Assembly: GCA_963834915.1 (NCBI GenBank)
Contig: CAWIDI010000003.1
Coordinates: forward strand, 359,759 to 423,758
Direction: 5' to 3'
Length of the DNA: 64,000 nt
Source of the DNA: an uncultured Chloroflexia bacterium
GTDB taxonomy: Bacteria > Chloroflexota > Limnocylindria > Limnocylindrales > CSP1-4
Positions 11,516-19,949 of this stretch are shown here, one piece after another. A program made the translations under genes and the position numbers. Below the pieces are notes generated by a model. It was not told where the DNA came from, ran no database searches, and saw nothing but the letters and a program-made list of their open reading frames with translations. The stretch's first letter is position 1. The number at the start of each line of letters is the position of its first letter.

Positions 11516-12704
11516 GCCCAGAGCCGACCGGCGGCCGCGAGCAGCTCGAGGGTCCGCCCGACGGGAAGGGCCATGACGACGTGGCCGTCGCGTCCCTCGA
11601 TCGTCTCGGCCCGGAACAGCGCGTCGACGACGGCCGCCTCGGTCGCCTCCACGACCGCGTCGAAGAACGGGTCCAGGAACTCGTCGTCGATGACCTCGAA
11701 GGTGCGCAGCGGCTGTCCGCTCCCGCGCGCGATCCGCACGCCGGTCGAGAACGCCAGGAAGATGTCGCCGGATCCGTGCCCGGCGCTCGACCCGGTCCGG
11801 GCCAGCCCGAGTCCGGCGCGGCGGGCGAGGCGCTCCAGGGCTGACGACAGCATGGGCGCGTCGGTCGCGACGACGACCACGCAGCCTGCCCCGCTCGCGC
11901 GCGGTCGACTCCTCGGCGAGGCCGTCGGCGATGAGCGCCTGGCCGACCCGCACGCCATCGATCGTGAGGCGCGGGAGCCGCCCGAAGTTCGTGAGCGCGA
12001 GAACCCCGACCGTGTAGGTCTGGGCGGCGGGCGGGTCGCCGCCCTGCCCGGCCCGGAGCTCGTAGGCGAAACGCCGGTCCACCGGCATGACCACCCGCGA
12101 CGCGGTACCGATCCCGCCCTTCAGGTCGAAGCAGCTCATCCCGGTCCCGGCGCCCACGACGCCGCCGGCGACGGGGCCGCGCTCGGCCCCGGCGAGGTCG
12201 GCCATGGCCGCGCGGACGTCGGCCTCGTCGACCTGGACCCGGCGCGAGGCGTTGAGGTGACCGTCATCGCATTCCGCGACGACCGGCAGCAGCGCGTCGT
12301 CGTCGCCGGCCGCCTCGTCGAGCCCGACCAGGATCGAGACCGCCGCGTCGAACACCCGCCCGATCGCCATCGAGCTCGTCAGGAAGATCGGCGAATTCGA
12401 GGACGCCCCACTCGTCGATGGTCGTGATCCCGATCGCCTCGCCCGCGCCGTTGAGGACCGAGGCCCCGGCCGGCACGCGGTCGCTGAAGAGTGCCCCGGG
12501 CTCGAACGGCGCGATCACCGTCACGCCGGTGCGGGCCACGCCGCGGCCGTCGGGGGTCGGCGGCTCGTCGCGCCAGACCGTCGCATGGCCGACCCGGACG
12601 TGGGCGACGTCGACGATCGAATCGGTCGGGCCCGGCGGGAGGATGCCGATGCGGACGCCGAGGTCGCGCGGGCGGGCTCGCGGCTGTGGCGGGGTCACGG
12701 ACAC
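11512..12704 (-). pseudogene. dmpA: DmpA/BapA-family (peptidase S58/P1) aminopeptidase, two frameshifts
   Basis: There are three collinear segments in different frames. Segment 12704 to about 12396 reads ...GVRIGILPPGPTDSIVDVAHVRVGH...NGAGEAIGITTIDEWGVLE. Segment about 12395 to about 11895 reads SPIFLTSSMAIGRVFDAAV...GAGTGMSCFDLKGGIGTAS. Segment about 11894-11512 reads CVVVVATDAPMLSSALERLARRAGLGLARTGSSAGHGSGDIFLAFSTG. The first shift lies in the GAATTC at about 12394-12398. A start at GTG 12698 is equally possible, because GGAGG directly abuts 12704. Confidence 0.8.
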
Positions 12705-12776
12705 CTCCGAGCGGGCGGCTCGCCCGGTCGCGCGCCCCGGGGAGCTGGTGGATGCCAGCGAGAGTATGGACTCCGC

Positions 12777-13620
12777 TCAGTCGACGGTCCCGGCCACCCG
12801 GATACCCACGAGGAAGCCGCGGAACGCGGTGACCGGGTCGTCCGAGGCGATAGCGGACGCCCTGGTCGCCGACCCGCTCCGCGCCCGGCACGAGCGCCGC
12901 GAAGTCGGCCACGACGCCCTTCGCGTAGTCGACCTCGATGACGACCGGCGGGCCGACCCGCAGCAGCTCGAGCTCGCCGGCGGCGGCCCGGCGGACCGCC
13001 CGCTCGGCGCCGGCCCGGACGCGGTCGCGGGCGACGGTCGGGTGGACCGAGGCGGCGCTGTGGCCGCCGTCCGCGACCTTGACCACGACCCGCTCGGCCC
13101 ACGGCAGCCAGCCTTCGACCTCCTCGGCCAGGGCGTCGTCGCCGGCGACCATCCCGACGGGGATCCCCCACGCGCCCAGGACGAGGGCGTTGACCCCGTA
13201 CTCGCCGGTCGGCCGGCCGTCGAGCCGGGTCTCGACCGGCGCGCCCGAGTAGGTGTGCGCGATCGTCCCGCGCGGATGGCCGGCCCGGGCGTGGTAGCCG
13301 ACGAAGAGCGCGACGTCGAACGACGGCTCACCGTCTGCGCCCGGCTGCCCGCCGGCGACCATCGACCACGGCCTTCTCGCCCTGCAGGACGCGGGCGGCC
13401 GGATGGAGGTCGGCCGGCAGCAGGTTGTACATGTTCCAGTGGCTGTCGTTGACGAGGATGTCCGTCGGCGCCGGCCGCCAGGGCGCCCTCGATGGCGGCG
13501 TTGGTCTCGCCGACCATCAGCTCGACCGCGGCCGGATAGCGCACGTTGGCCGGATCCGGTCGGGTGCGGGTGGCTGACCCCGGCGATGCCCTCCATGTCG
13601 ACGCTGATGTAGACCCTCAT
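12777..13620 (-). pseudogene. dppA: D-aminopeptidase DppA (peptidase M55), four frameshifts
   Basis: It starts MRVYISVDMEGIAGVSHP (ATG 13620, ATGA overlap with the upstream stop). It then continues in other frames: ANVRYPAAVELMVGETNAAIEGALAAGA, then TDILVNDSHWNMYNLLPADLHPAARVLQGEKA, then WSMVAGG...FDVALFVGYHARAGHPRGTIAHTYSG...VIEVDYAKG...GVRYR, then SDDPVTAFRGFLVGIRVAGTVD and the stop. Switches are near 13560, 13468, 13370 and 12846. Confidence 0.8.
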
Positions 13621-14399
13621 GCGTCCTCCTCCTCGGGGCCGGTCCGTGCCGGGTGGCCGATCCAGACGTGCCCGTCGGCGAACCGCTCCGCCTTCCAGAT
13701 CGGCGCGCGGGCCTTGGTCTCGTCGATGGCGTAGCGGGCGGCCTCGAATGCCGCGTCGCGATGCGGCGCGACGGCCATCACCGCGATCGAGACCTCGCCG
13801 AGCGGCACCTCGCCGGTCCGGTGGACGATGGCGACGCCGGTCGACCCCGAAGCGGGCCTCGATCTCGTCGGCGATCGCCTCGAGTGTGGCAGGGCCATCG
13901 TCTCGTGGGCCTCGTACTCGAGCGACTCGCACGCGCGCGGCCGGCATGGCGCGCCGCCTCGGCCTCCTGGCCCGGCGCGGGCGTCCCGGGCGTCTCGCGC
14001 GTCCGTCCGAGGAACCCGACGACCGCGCCGTCGCCCGGGTCGGCCAGGCGGTCGGCCAGCTCGGCGAGGATGCCCGGCGTCGAACGGCGCGCGTCGCGGA
14101 GCTCGAGGACCCGTGCGCCCGGGCCGCGCGAACGGTCCGAGTCGCCGGACCCGCCCGACACCGGCGGGATCATCGCCACCTCGTCACCGTCCGCGAGCGC
14201 GCGTGCCGGCGTCGGCGTACTCGCCGTTCCGCGCGAACCGGACGGACGGCCGACCGGGCGCGAGGACCGGGTGCCGCTCGACGAGCGCGAGCCACGCGTC
14301 CTCGACGGTGGCGCCATCCGCCAGCTCGATCGCGACCTCGCGCGTGCCGGCCAGCTCGCGCTGGACCGCGAAGAGGCGGATCCGGACGTGGAGCGGCAC
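13617..14399 (-). pseudogene. MoaD-MoaE fusion (molybdopterin synthase small and large subunits in one ORF), four frameshifts
   Basis: The MoaD part from GTG 14399 reads VPLHVRIRLFAVQRELAGTREVAIELADGATVEDAW...NGEYADAGT / LADGDEVAMIPPVSGG. It runs on without a stop into a linker (SGDSDRSRGPG) and MoaE: ARVLELRDA...AVVGFLGRTRE... / SLEYEAHETMALP / TLEAIADEIEARFGVDR / VAIVHRTGEVPLGEVSIAVMAVAPHRDAAFEAARYAIDETKARAPIWKAE. Switches are near 14199, 13932, 13888 and 13838. Confidence 0.75.
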
Positions 14400-14415
14400 C
14401 GGGCGCCCGGCCGGC

Positions 14416-15088
14416 TCAGCCGCGCCACGTGGCGATGAGGAGCCCGTCGCCGAGCGGCAGGATCGTGGACGTGAAGCCGCGGGTCCGCGAGGACGGACGC
14501 GTCGAAGGCCCGAAGCGCCTCCGTGTTCGCGTCGCCGGCCCCGACGGGCCGCGACCCGGACGCCCGGCCGCTCCACAGGACGTTGTCGGCGGCCACGAGC
14601 GCGTTCGGCACCAGCCGGCCGGTCAGCGCCTCCAGGTAGCGCGAGGTATTCCGGCTTGATGGCATCGATGAAGACCATGTCGAACGGACCGCCAAGGGCC
14701 GGATCGCCCGCGGCCAAGGCGTCGAGCGCCGGCGCGTTGACGACCGTGATCTGCTCGTCCGGCGATACCGGCCTCGCGCCACCAACCGCGGGCGAGGTCG
14801 GTCCGCTCGCGGTCCGGATCGATGGTCACGATCGTCCCGCCCGCGGGCTGGCCGAGGGCCAGCCACAACGTCGAGTAGCCGTACGCCGTCCCGACCTCGA
14901 CGATCCGCGGCCGTCCGCCCGCGAGCACGGACAGGACGCGGCCGGTGTCGCGGTCGACGATCGGGATGCCGAGCGGCTCCGCGGCCGCCTCGATCGCGGC
15001 CAGCGCCGCCGGGAGCGGCTTCGCCAGCGATTCGATCCAGTCGAGGTCCGACCGCGTCCGGGATCCAGCCCCGGTCGTTCTTGCCCAT
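14416..15088 (-). pseudogene. Class I SAM-dependent O-methyltransferase (caffeoyl-CoA OMT / Methyltransf_3-like), four frameshifts
   Basis: ATG 15088 has GGAAGGGAG upstream. The segments read MGKNDRGWIPDAV / DLDWIESLAKPLPAALAAIEAAAEPLGIPIVDRDTGRVLSVLAGGRPRIVEVGTAYGYSTLWLALG...WWREAGIA / DEQITVVNAPALDALAAGDPALGGPFDMVFIDAIKPEY / YLEALTGRLVPNALVAADNVLWSGR...LADPR / FTSTILPLGDGLLIATWRG and the stop. Switches are near 15049, 14760, 14640 and 14478. Confidence 0.75.
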
Positions 15089-15102
15089 CTCGCTCCCTTC
15101 CG

Positions 15103-15993
15103 TCAGACCAGCAGGCCGGCGCCGAAGTAGAGGCCGGCGGCGAGGATCGTGCCGGCCGCGATCGTGCCGACGTTGATGTAGAGCAGCCCGGTCGCGGACT
15201 CCATCGACCGGGTCCGGGCCGTCTGGATCGAGGCCCACGACACGATGAGCGGGAAGACGAGGCCGACCAGCAGGCGGAGCCAGACGAAGAGCGCCCACTG
15301 GCCGCCGAGCGCCGCGAACGGCGCGACGTCGGCCGGCCCGGCTCCGGTCGCGATCCAGGCCCAGAACAGGACGAGCTGGAGGGCGAGCACCGCGGTCAGG
15401 CCGCGGGCAAGCAGGATCAGCGGCGCCTCGGGGAGCTTCGGTGTCACGAGGTACCAGTGGCCGAGGATCATCGCGGCGAAGACCCCGCCGATCGCGGCGG
15501 TCACCACCGTCAGCTGGGTCAGCAGCGTCACGGTCCCGAGCGTGCCTCCACCCCACGCGAGGGCGCCCGCGACGAGCGTCGCCGCCGCCGCGGCCAGGGC
15601 CGCCCACTCGACGGCCGTCCCGGCTGCCGGCCGGACCCGGCGGGCGACCAGGGCGATCACCGCGAGGGCGCAGAACGCGACCAGCGCGGCCCGGCGCGGG
15701 CCGTCCCAGGCGGGATCGAGGATGACGGGCGACGCGCCGAGCGTCTCGGGGAGGGCGCCATCGGACAGCCACGCCAGCAGCCCGAACCCGATCGCGCAAG
15801 CCGTCGTGAAGCCCAGGTAGCCGGAGGTCGCCGACGTACGCCGGCGGAGCAGGATCACCGATGCGTACGACCCGAGCGCCAGCCCGGTCAGCACGGTCCA
15901 GTTGATGAAGGCCAGGTTCTGGGCGATCTGGGTAGCGGCCACGCCGCCGAGTGTAGCCGCGCACCGGGCCGGCGGGGCCCGTGGGTATCCCAC
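15103..15993 (-). CDS. Polytopic integral membrane protein, unknown function (first gene of the operon)
   Basis: 296 aa, uninterrupted, with about 8 hydrophobic helices (for example LAFINWTVLTGLALGSYASVILL, GGVFAAMILGHWYLV). The start is uncertain: GTG 15993 or an internal GTG near 15942. Confidence 0.6.
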   Translation of the reverse strand: MGYPRAPPARCAATLGGVAATQIAQNLAFINWTVLTGLALGSYASVILLRRRTSATSGYLGFTTACAIGFGLLAWLSDGALPETLGASPVILDPAWDGPRRAALVAFCALAVIALVARRVRPAAGTAVEWAALAAAAATLVAGALAWGGGTLGTVTLLTQLTVVTAAIGGVFAAMILGHWYLVTPKLPEAPLILLARGLTAVLALQLVLFWAWIATGAGPADVAPFAALGGQWALFVWLRLLVGLVFPLIVSWASIQTARTRSMESATGLLYINVGTIAAGTILAAGLYFGAGLLV

Positions 15994-16026
15994 ACGGGAC
16001 TACCATCGCACCGGAGGTGGCATCGG

Positions 16027-16758
16027 ATGGTCTTCGGTCGCGATACGACGTTCACCTGGTATGGGCACGCCTGCGTCGAGGTGCGGACCCCGGGCGGGAA
16101 GGTCGTCCTGATCGACCCGTGGTTCGGGAACCCACGTTCCACCAAGGCGGCGGATGCCGTGGACCGCTGCGACGTCCTGCTGGTGACCCACGGCCACGGC
16201 GACCACCTCGGGGAGGGCGTCGCGCTGGCCAGCCGGCTCAAGCCCACCTGGCCATGCATCCACGAGATGAGCCTGTGGCTGGCACGCCGCCTGCCGGGCG
16301 GCGCCGACGCGACCCTCGGGATGAACAAGGGCGGCACGGTCGAGGTTGCCGGGCTGCGGGTCACGATGGTCGGCGCGGATCACTCAGCAGGCGACTGGAA
16401 CGCCGGCGCCGAGACGACGCTCTACCTCGGCGAGCCCGCTGGCTTCGTGGTCGAGGTGGAGAACGGCTTCACCTTCTATCACGCCGGTGACACGAACGTC
16501 TTCACGGACATGGCCCTGATCGGCGAGCTCTACAAGCCCGATGTCGCGCTCCTCCCGATCGGCGGCCTGTACACGATGGGGCCGCGCGAGGCCGCCCTGG
16601 CGGTCCAGCTGCTCGGGGTCCGCCACGTGATCCCGATCCACTACGGGACCTTCCCGGCGCTCGCCGGCACACCCGACGAGCTCCGCGAGGCCCTCACGGC
16701 CCGTGACCTCGGCGAGGTAGCGGTCCACGCCCTGGAGCCGGGCGGCTCGATCGACTGA
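16027..16758 (+). CDS. Metallo-beta-lactamase-fold hydrolase (UPF0173 type)
   Basis: This is the last 243 aa of the 976-aa track ORF. ATG 16027 has GGAGGTG upstream. The HxHxDH motif is LLVTHGHGDHLG, and the C-terminus reads IPIHYGTFP. Confidence 0.8.
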   Translation: MVFGRDTTFTWYGHACVEVRTPGGKVVLIDPWFGNPRSTKAADAVDRCDVLLVTHGHGDHLGEGVALASRLKPTWPCIHEMSLWLARRLPGGADATLGMNKGGTVEVAGLRVTMVGADHSAGDWNAGAETTLYLGEPAGFVVEVENGFTFYHAGDTNVFTDMALIGELYKPDVALLPIGGLYTMGPREAALAVQLLGVRHVIPIHYGTFPALAGTPDELREALTARDLGEVAVHALEPGGSID

Positions 16759-16783
16759 CCGCGACCGGGCGGCTCGGGGGAGG

Positions 16784-17983
16784 TCAGGCGGCCGTCGGCG
16801 CGGTCGGGATCCAGCGCGAGAGGCGCGGCGCGACCGAGCACACCAGGACGATCGTGACCAGCAGGAACGGCGCGACCAGGATGCGCTCGGGTTCGTTCGG
16901 GTAGCTCAACCAGGTCACGGCGATGGTCGCGAACATCCCCAGGATCGCCAGCGACGGGCCGTCGGACCGGATCGCGTCCAGCGCCGAGACCCGGGCGCGG
17001 ATCGCGAGGACTCCGAGCAGCACGAACAGGGGCACGGGCGAGGCGGAGAGCTCGACCAGGCGGAAGGCGTAGATCCGGGCGATCTCGCCGATCGCCATGG
17101 GCGGCGGGCCGGCTGCCGGGAACGGCAGGTAGGCCACGACCGCATGGTAGAAGAGCGTCGCGTACCCGTAGTTCCCGCTCCACACCGACAGACCCAGGTA
17201 GACGGCCACGCCGCCGACGGCCGCCAGCGCGGCACGTGGCCAGTCGAGCCGGATCCCGGAGGCCGGACGAGCGAGCACGACCACGGCGGCGACCGCCAGG
17301 ACGGCCACGACCGCATTCGGGCGGGCGAGGATCGCCACGAGCAGGATGGCCAGCGCCAGGCCAGGCCGCCGCCACTCGAGCAGGACGTAGAGCGCGCCGG
17401 TCACGATCAGCAACGCGAGCGCGTCCGGGGTGGAGAGGCGGGCCAGGATCCAGAACGGCGCCGCGAGGGCGATGAGGCTCACCAGGACGACCGCGGACCA
17501 CTCCCCGACGTGCCGGCTCGCCCAGCGGAAGAGCAGCAGGATCAGTGCGGCATAGGCCGCCGCGGAGATCAGCACGGACCCGAAGCCCAGCGGCACGCCG
17601 ACGACGCCGAGCGCCGCCATGAGCGCGGGGTAGAGCGGCTTGACCGAGTAGAACGGGAGCTGCTGGCGGAGCGCCTCGGGGTCCGACTTGATCGTCTGCA
17701 GGTAGGCGTCGCGCCCCAGCGCGGTCACGCCCCGCCCCCCGGTGACGTCGTTGAACTGGTCGTCGTCGAGCAGCGCGTCCAGATCGGCGTAGGTCCGGGC
17801 GTTCAGGTCCGGCCCCGAGACGCCCTCCCACTGGTGCACGACCGCGATGTACTCGATCAGGTCCGCGTTACCTGCCGGCCGGTAGACGGCGTAGCCGGCG
17901 ATCGCGAGCGCGATGACGGCCATGACCAGCCAGGCCAGCACGCCCGGCATGGCGCGCGGCGGCGCGTCGCGCGTCTCGTCCAT
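16784..17983 (-). CDS. Polytopic membrane protein with one large extracytoplasmic loop (possible glycan polymerase or GT-C-like), unknown function
   Basis: I take the start as MDETRDAPP (ATG 17983, GGAGG 5 nt upstream) rather than the track start 18148, which overlaps the next gene. It has about 10 TM helices. Its location at the edge of the glycan locus is the only functional hint. Confidence 0.5.
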   Translation of the reverse strand: MDETRDAPPRAMPGVLAWLVMAVIALAIAGYAVYRPAGNADLIEYIAVVHQWEGVSGPDLNARTYADLDALLDDDQFNDVTGGRGVTALGRDAYLQTIKSDPEALRQQLPFYSVKPLYPALMAALGVVGVPLGFGSVLISAAAYAALILLLFRWASRHVGEWSAVVLVSLIALAAPFWILARLSTPDALALLIVTGALYVLLEWRRPGLALAILLVAILARPNAVVAVLAVAAVVVLARPASGIRLDWPRAALAAVGGVAVYLGLSVWSGNYGYATLFYHAVVAYLPFPAAGPPPMAIGEIARIYAFRLVELSASPVPLFVLLGVLAIRARVSALDAIRSDGPSLAILGMFATIAVTWLSYPNEPERILVAPFLLVTIVLVCSVAPRLSRWIPTAPTAA

Positions 17984-18066
17984 CAAGCCTCCCTCGTCGT
18001 TCGATCGCTGTCGGTGGGCGGGACGATACCGCATCGCCCCGCTGGCGCCGAGCGACGGCGCGGCCC

Positions 18067-18900
18067 TCAGCGCGGCAGGCGCGCGGCCAGGCCCTCGAAC
18101 AGGCGCTTGGCGTCGGCCCGCAGGCTCGCCACCCGGGCGGTGTGCCACTGGCGCTCGTGGGTCAGCATCACGATGCGGGTCGAGCCCGCGTCGATGGCCT
18201 CCGTGAGCCCAAGACCGTCGGCCCAGCGCGCCGGCGGCGCGGCGACGTCGCTGACGTACGCGTCCGCGCGGCCCAGGATCGTGGCGTCGTACGCCTCGAA
18301 GTCGAGCCCGCAGGCGGCCAGCAGCGCCGGCGTGACGAACTCGTTGTTGCGCACCCCGAGCGCCCGGTTCGCCCAGTCCCCATGGCTGGCGACCGATCGG
18401 AGGTCCGGGGCATAGCGCGTCCGGAACTGCTCCACGTTGCGACGAAACGCCGCCTCGATCTCCTCCCGATGCGCTTCGAGCGCCGCTCGGTCGCGGGCGC
18501 GGACGCGCTTCGCCAGGGTGGCCGCCTCCTCGTAGTGGTAGCCGACCTCGAAGCCTTCGCCCAGCAGGCGCTGGATGAACGCCGCGTGGGCAGGCGCCGT
18601 CGAGCGGCGAAGGTAGTACGTGGATCGCGCCCCGACCGCCAGCTCTGCCGTGAGGAAGGCCTCGTTGCCGGCCACGTCGCCGATGTCGATGTCGTGGCGC
18701 AGCCCGAGGACCCGCCGGGCGGGCGCGGCCTCGTCGGCCACCGCCTCGCGGAACGTGCGCAGCGAGACCACCTCGAAGCCCGCATCGCGGGCGGTCTCCA
18801 GCAGCGACCGGTACTCGGCGGCCCGGTCCTTGCCGCCGTAGTCGGCCCGGATCCGCCGGGCGATCGCGCCGGCCCGCCGGCCGATGGACCCGCCCGTCAC
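18067..18900 (-). CDS. Polysaccharide-deacetylase-like (divergent NodB-type) protein
   Basis: 277 aa with a GTG start. The motifs LGLRHDIDIGD and GFEVGYHYEE resemble the metal- and acid-binding motifs of carbohydrate esterase 4-like deacetylases. This assignment is by eye only. Confidence 0.45.
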   Translation of the reverse strand: MTGGSIGRRAGAIARRIRADYGGKDRAAEYRSLLETARDAGFEVVSLRTFREAVADEAAPARRVLGLRHDIDIGDVAGNEAFLTAELAVGARSTYYLRRSTAPAHAAFIQRLLGEGFEVGYHYEEAATLAKRVRARDRAALEAHREEIEAAFRRNVEQFRTRYAPDLRSVASHGDWANRALGVRNNEFVTPALLAACGLDFEAYDATILGRADAYVSDVAAPPARWADGLGLTEAIDAGSTRIVMLTHERQWHTARVASLRADAKRLFEGLAARLPR

Positions 18901-18907
18901 GCCCGGA

Positions 18908-19909
18908 TCACGAGCGGGGCGTCCGGCGCCGCCAGCCGTCGCGGAACTGCCAGATCCCCCGGATCATGCCCAGGCCGTACGACACGTGCATCGTCGGGTA
19001 GGCCGCGGCCAGGGCGGCGAGGATCGCGGGCCGGTGGCCGCGGCCATAGCGCAGCGTGGCCGCCACGATCGCGCCGAGGTACGCGATCAGCAGGAGGGCG
19101 AGGAGCCGGCGGCCGGTGTCGCTGACGAGGGCCGCGAGGCCGGCCAGACCCAGCGTGCCGACCAGCCCGAGCGGCACGAGGTGCCGCGGCCGGACCTGCC
19201 GCGGGTGCGCCTGGATGACCCGAACCTTCCAGCGGCCGTAGTCGAAGTACTGGGTCCACAGGCCGCGCAGCGTCGCGCGGTTCGTATAGGCCGAGACGAT
19301 CGCGGGGTCGCACACGATCCGCCCGCCCGCGTCGAGCAGCCGGTAGCTCAGCTCGTCGTCCTGGTTGCGGACCATCGTCTCGTCGAACGGGAAGCGCTGG
19401 TACGTCTCCCGGCGGGCGAGGCCCATGAACACCGTGTCCACCTCGGTCCGCTCGGTCGCGTAGTGGTGGCGTGCCCCGCCGACCCCGAACGGCGTGCTGA
19501 TCGCGATCGAGACCGCCTCCCCGACCGGACCGCCGCCGACGGCGTTCACCGGGCCGCCGACCATGTCCGCGCCGGTCGCCTCGATGGCCTCGACCGCCCG
19601 GCGCACATAGTCGGGGGCGAGGACCGCGTGGCCGCTTACGATCCCGACGATGTCGCCGGTCGCGATCGCGATGCCGGCGTTCCACGCCGCGGCCTGGATC
19701 CGCCGCGGGTTCGGCAGGACGGCCCGACCCGGCCGGCCCGCCGACCACGCCTCGGCGATGGCGACCGAATCGTCGTCGGACTCGCCGTCGTAGACCAGGA
19801 CCTCGAGCCGGTCGGCCGGGTGATCCTGGGCGGCGATCGAGTCCAGGCAATCGGCGATGTGCGCTGATTCGTTGCGCATCGCGACGACGAGCGTGACGGT
19901 CGGGACCAT
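18908..19909 (-). CDS. Family 2 glycosyltransferase with C-terminal TM helices
   Basis: I take the start as MVPTVTLVVAMRNE (ATG 19909, AAGGAGG upstream). It has the GT2 signature VTLVVAMRNESAHIADCLDSIAAQD, a DxD-like YDGESDD, QDDELSYRL, and two C-terminal TM helices. Confidence 0.8.
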   Translation of the reverse strand: MVPTVTLVVAMRNESAHIADCLDSIAAQDHPADRLEVLVYDGESDDDSVAIAEAWSAGRPGRAVLPNPRRIQAAAWNAGIAIATGDIVGIVSGHAVLAPDYVRRAVEAIEATGADMVGGPVNAVGGGPVGEAVSIAISTPFGVGGARHHYATERTEVDTVFMGLARRETYQRFPFDETMVRNQDDELSYRLLDAGGRIVCDPAIVSAYTNRATLRGLWTQYFDYGRWKVRVIQAHPRQVRPRHLVPLGLVGTLGLAGLAALVSDTGRRLLALLLIAYLGAIVAATLRYGRGHRPAILAALAAAYPTMHVSYGLGMIRGIWQFRDGWRRRTPRS

Positions 19910-19949
19910 CGGCCTCCTTGGGTGGGTGGTCCCGTTACGATAGGGCCTC

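Noticed and set aside
9956-12370. 804-aa ORF in the track, which looks like one large protein.
   Set aside because: It is a chimera. Its first approximately 155 aa are the middle segment of the frameshifted DmpA gene. The next approximately 130 aa are Arg-rich out-of-frame read-through of the DmpA C-terminus. The KamD-like gene starts at the internal Met (11515), which overlaps the real DmpA stop.
11512-15088. Programmed ribosomal frameshifting or recoding as the explanation for the frameshift cluster.
   Set aside because: Fourteen events occur in four genes, in both directions, at sites with no shared slippery heptamer or downstream structure that I can see (for example GAATTC, GGTCGGACC, CTCGCGCTAC). 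Programmed events are single and motif-bound.
13778-16006. 742-aa minus-strand ORF and 522-aa ORF (12379-13947) spanning several genes.
   Set aside because: Only short islands in each are family-like (O-MT, MoaD/MoaE and DppA pieces). The remainder is Arg/Pro/Gly-rich out-of-frame text. They are by-products of the frameshifted genes plus the lack of stop codons in GC-rich off-frames.
13828-16758. 976-aa plus-strand ORF.
   Set aside because: Only the last 243 aa (from ATG 16027 with GGAGGTG upstream) look like a real metallo-beta-lactamase-fold hydrolase. The upstream approximately 730 aa are antisense shadow of the minus-strand operon.
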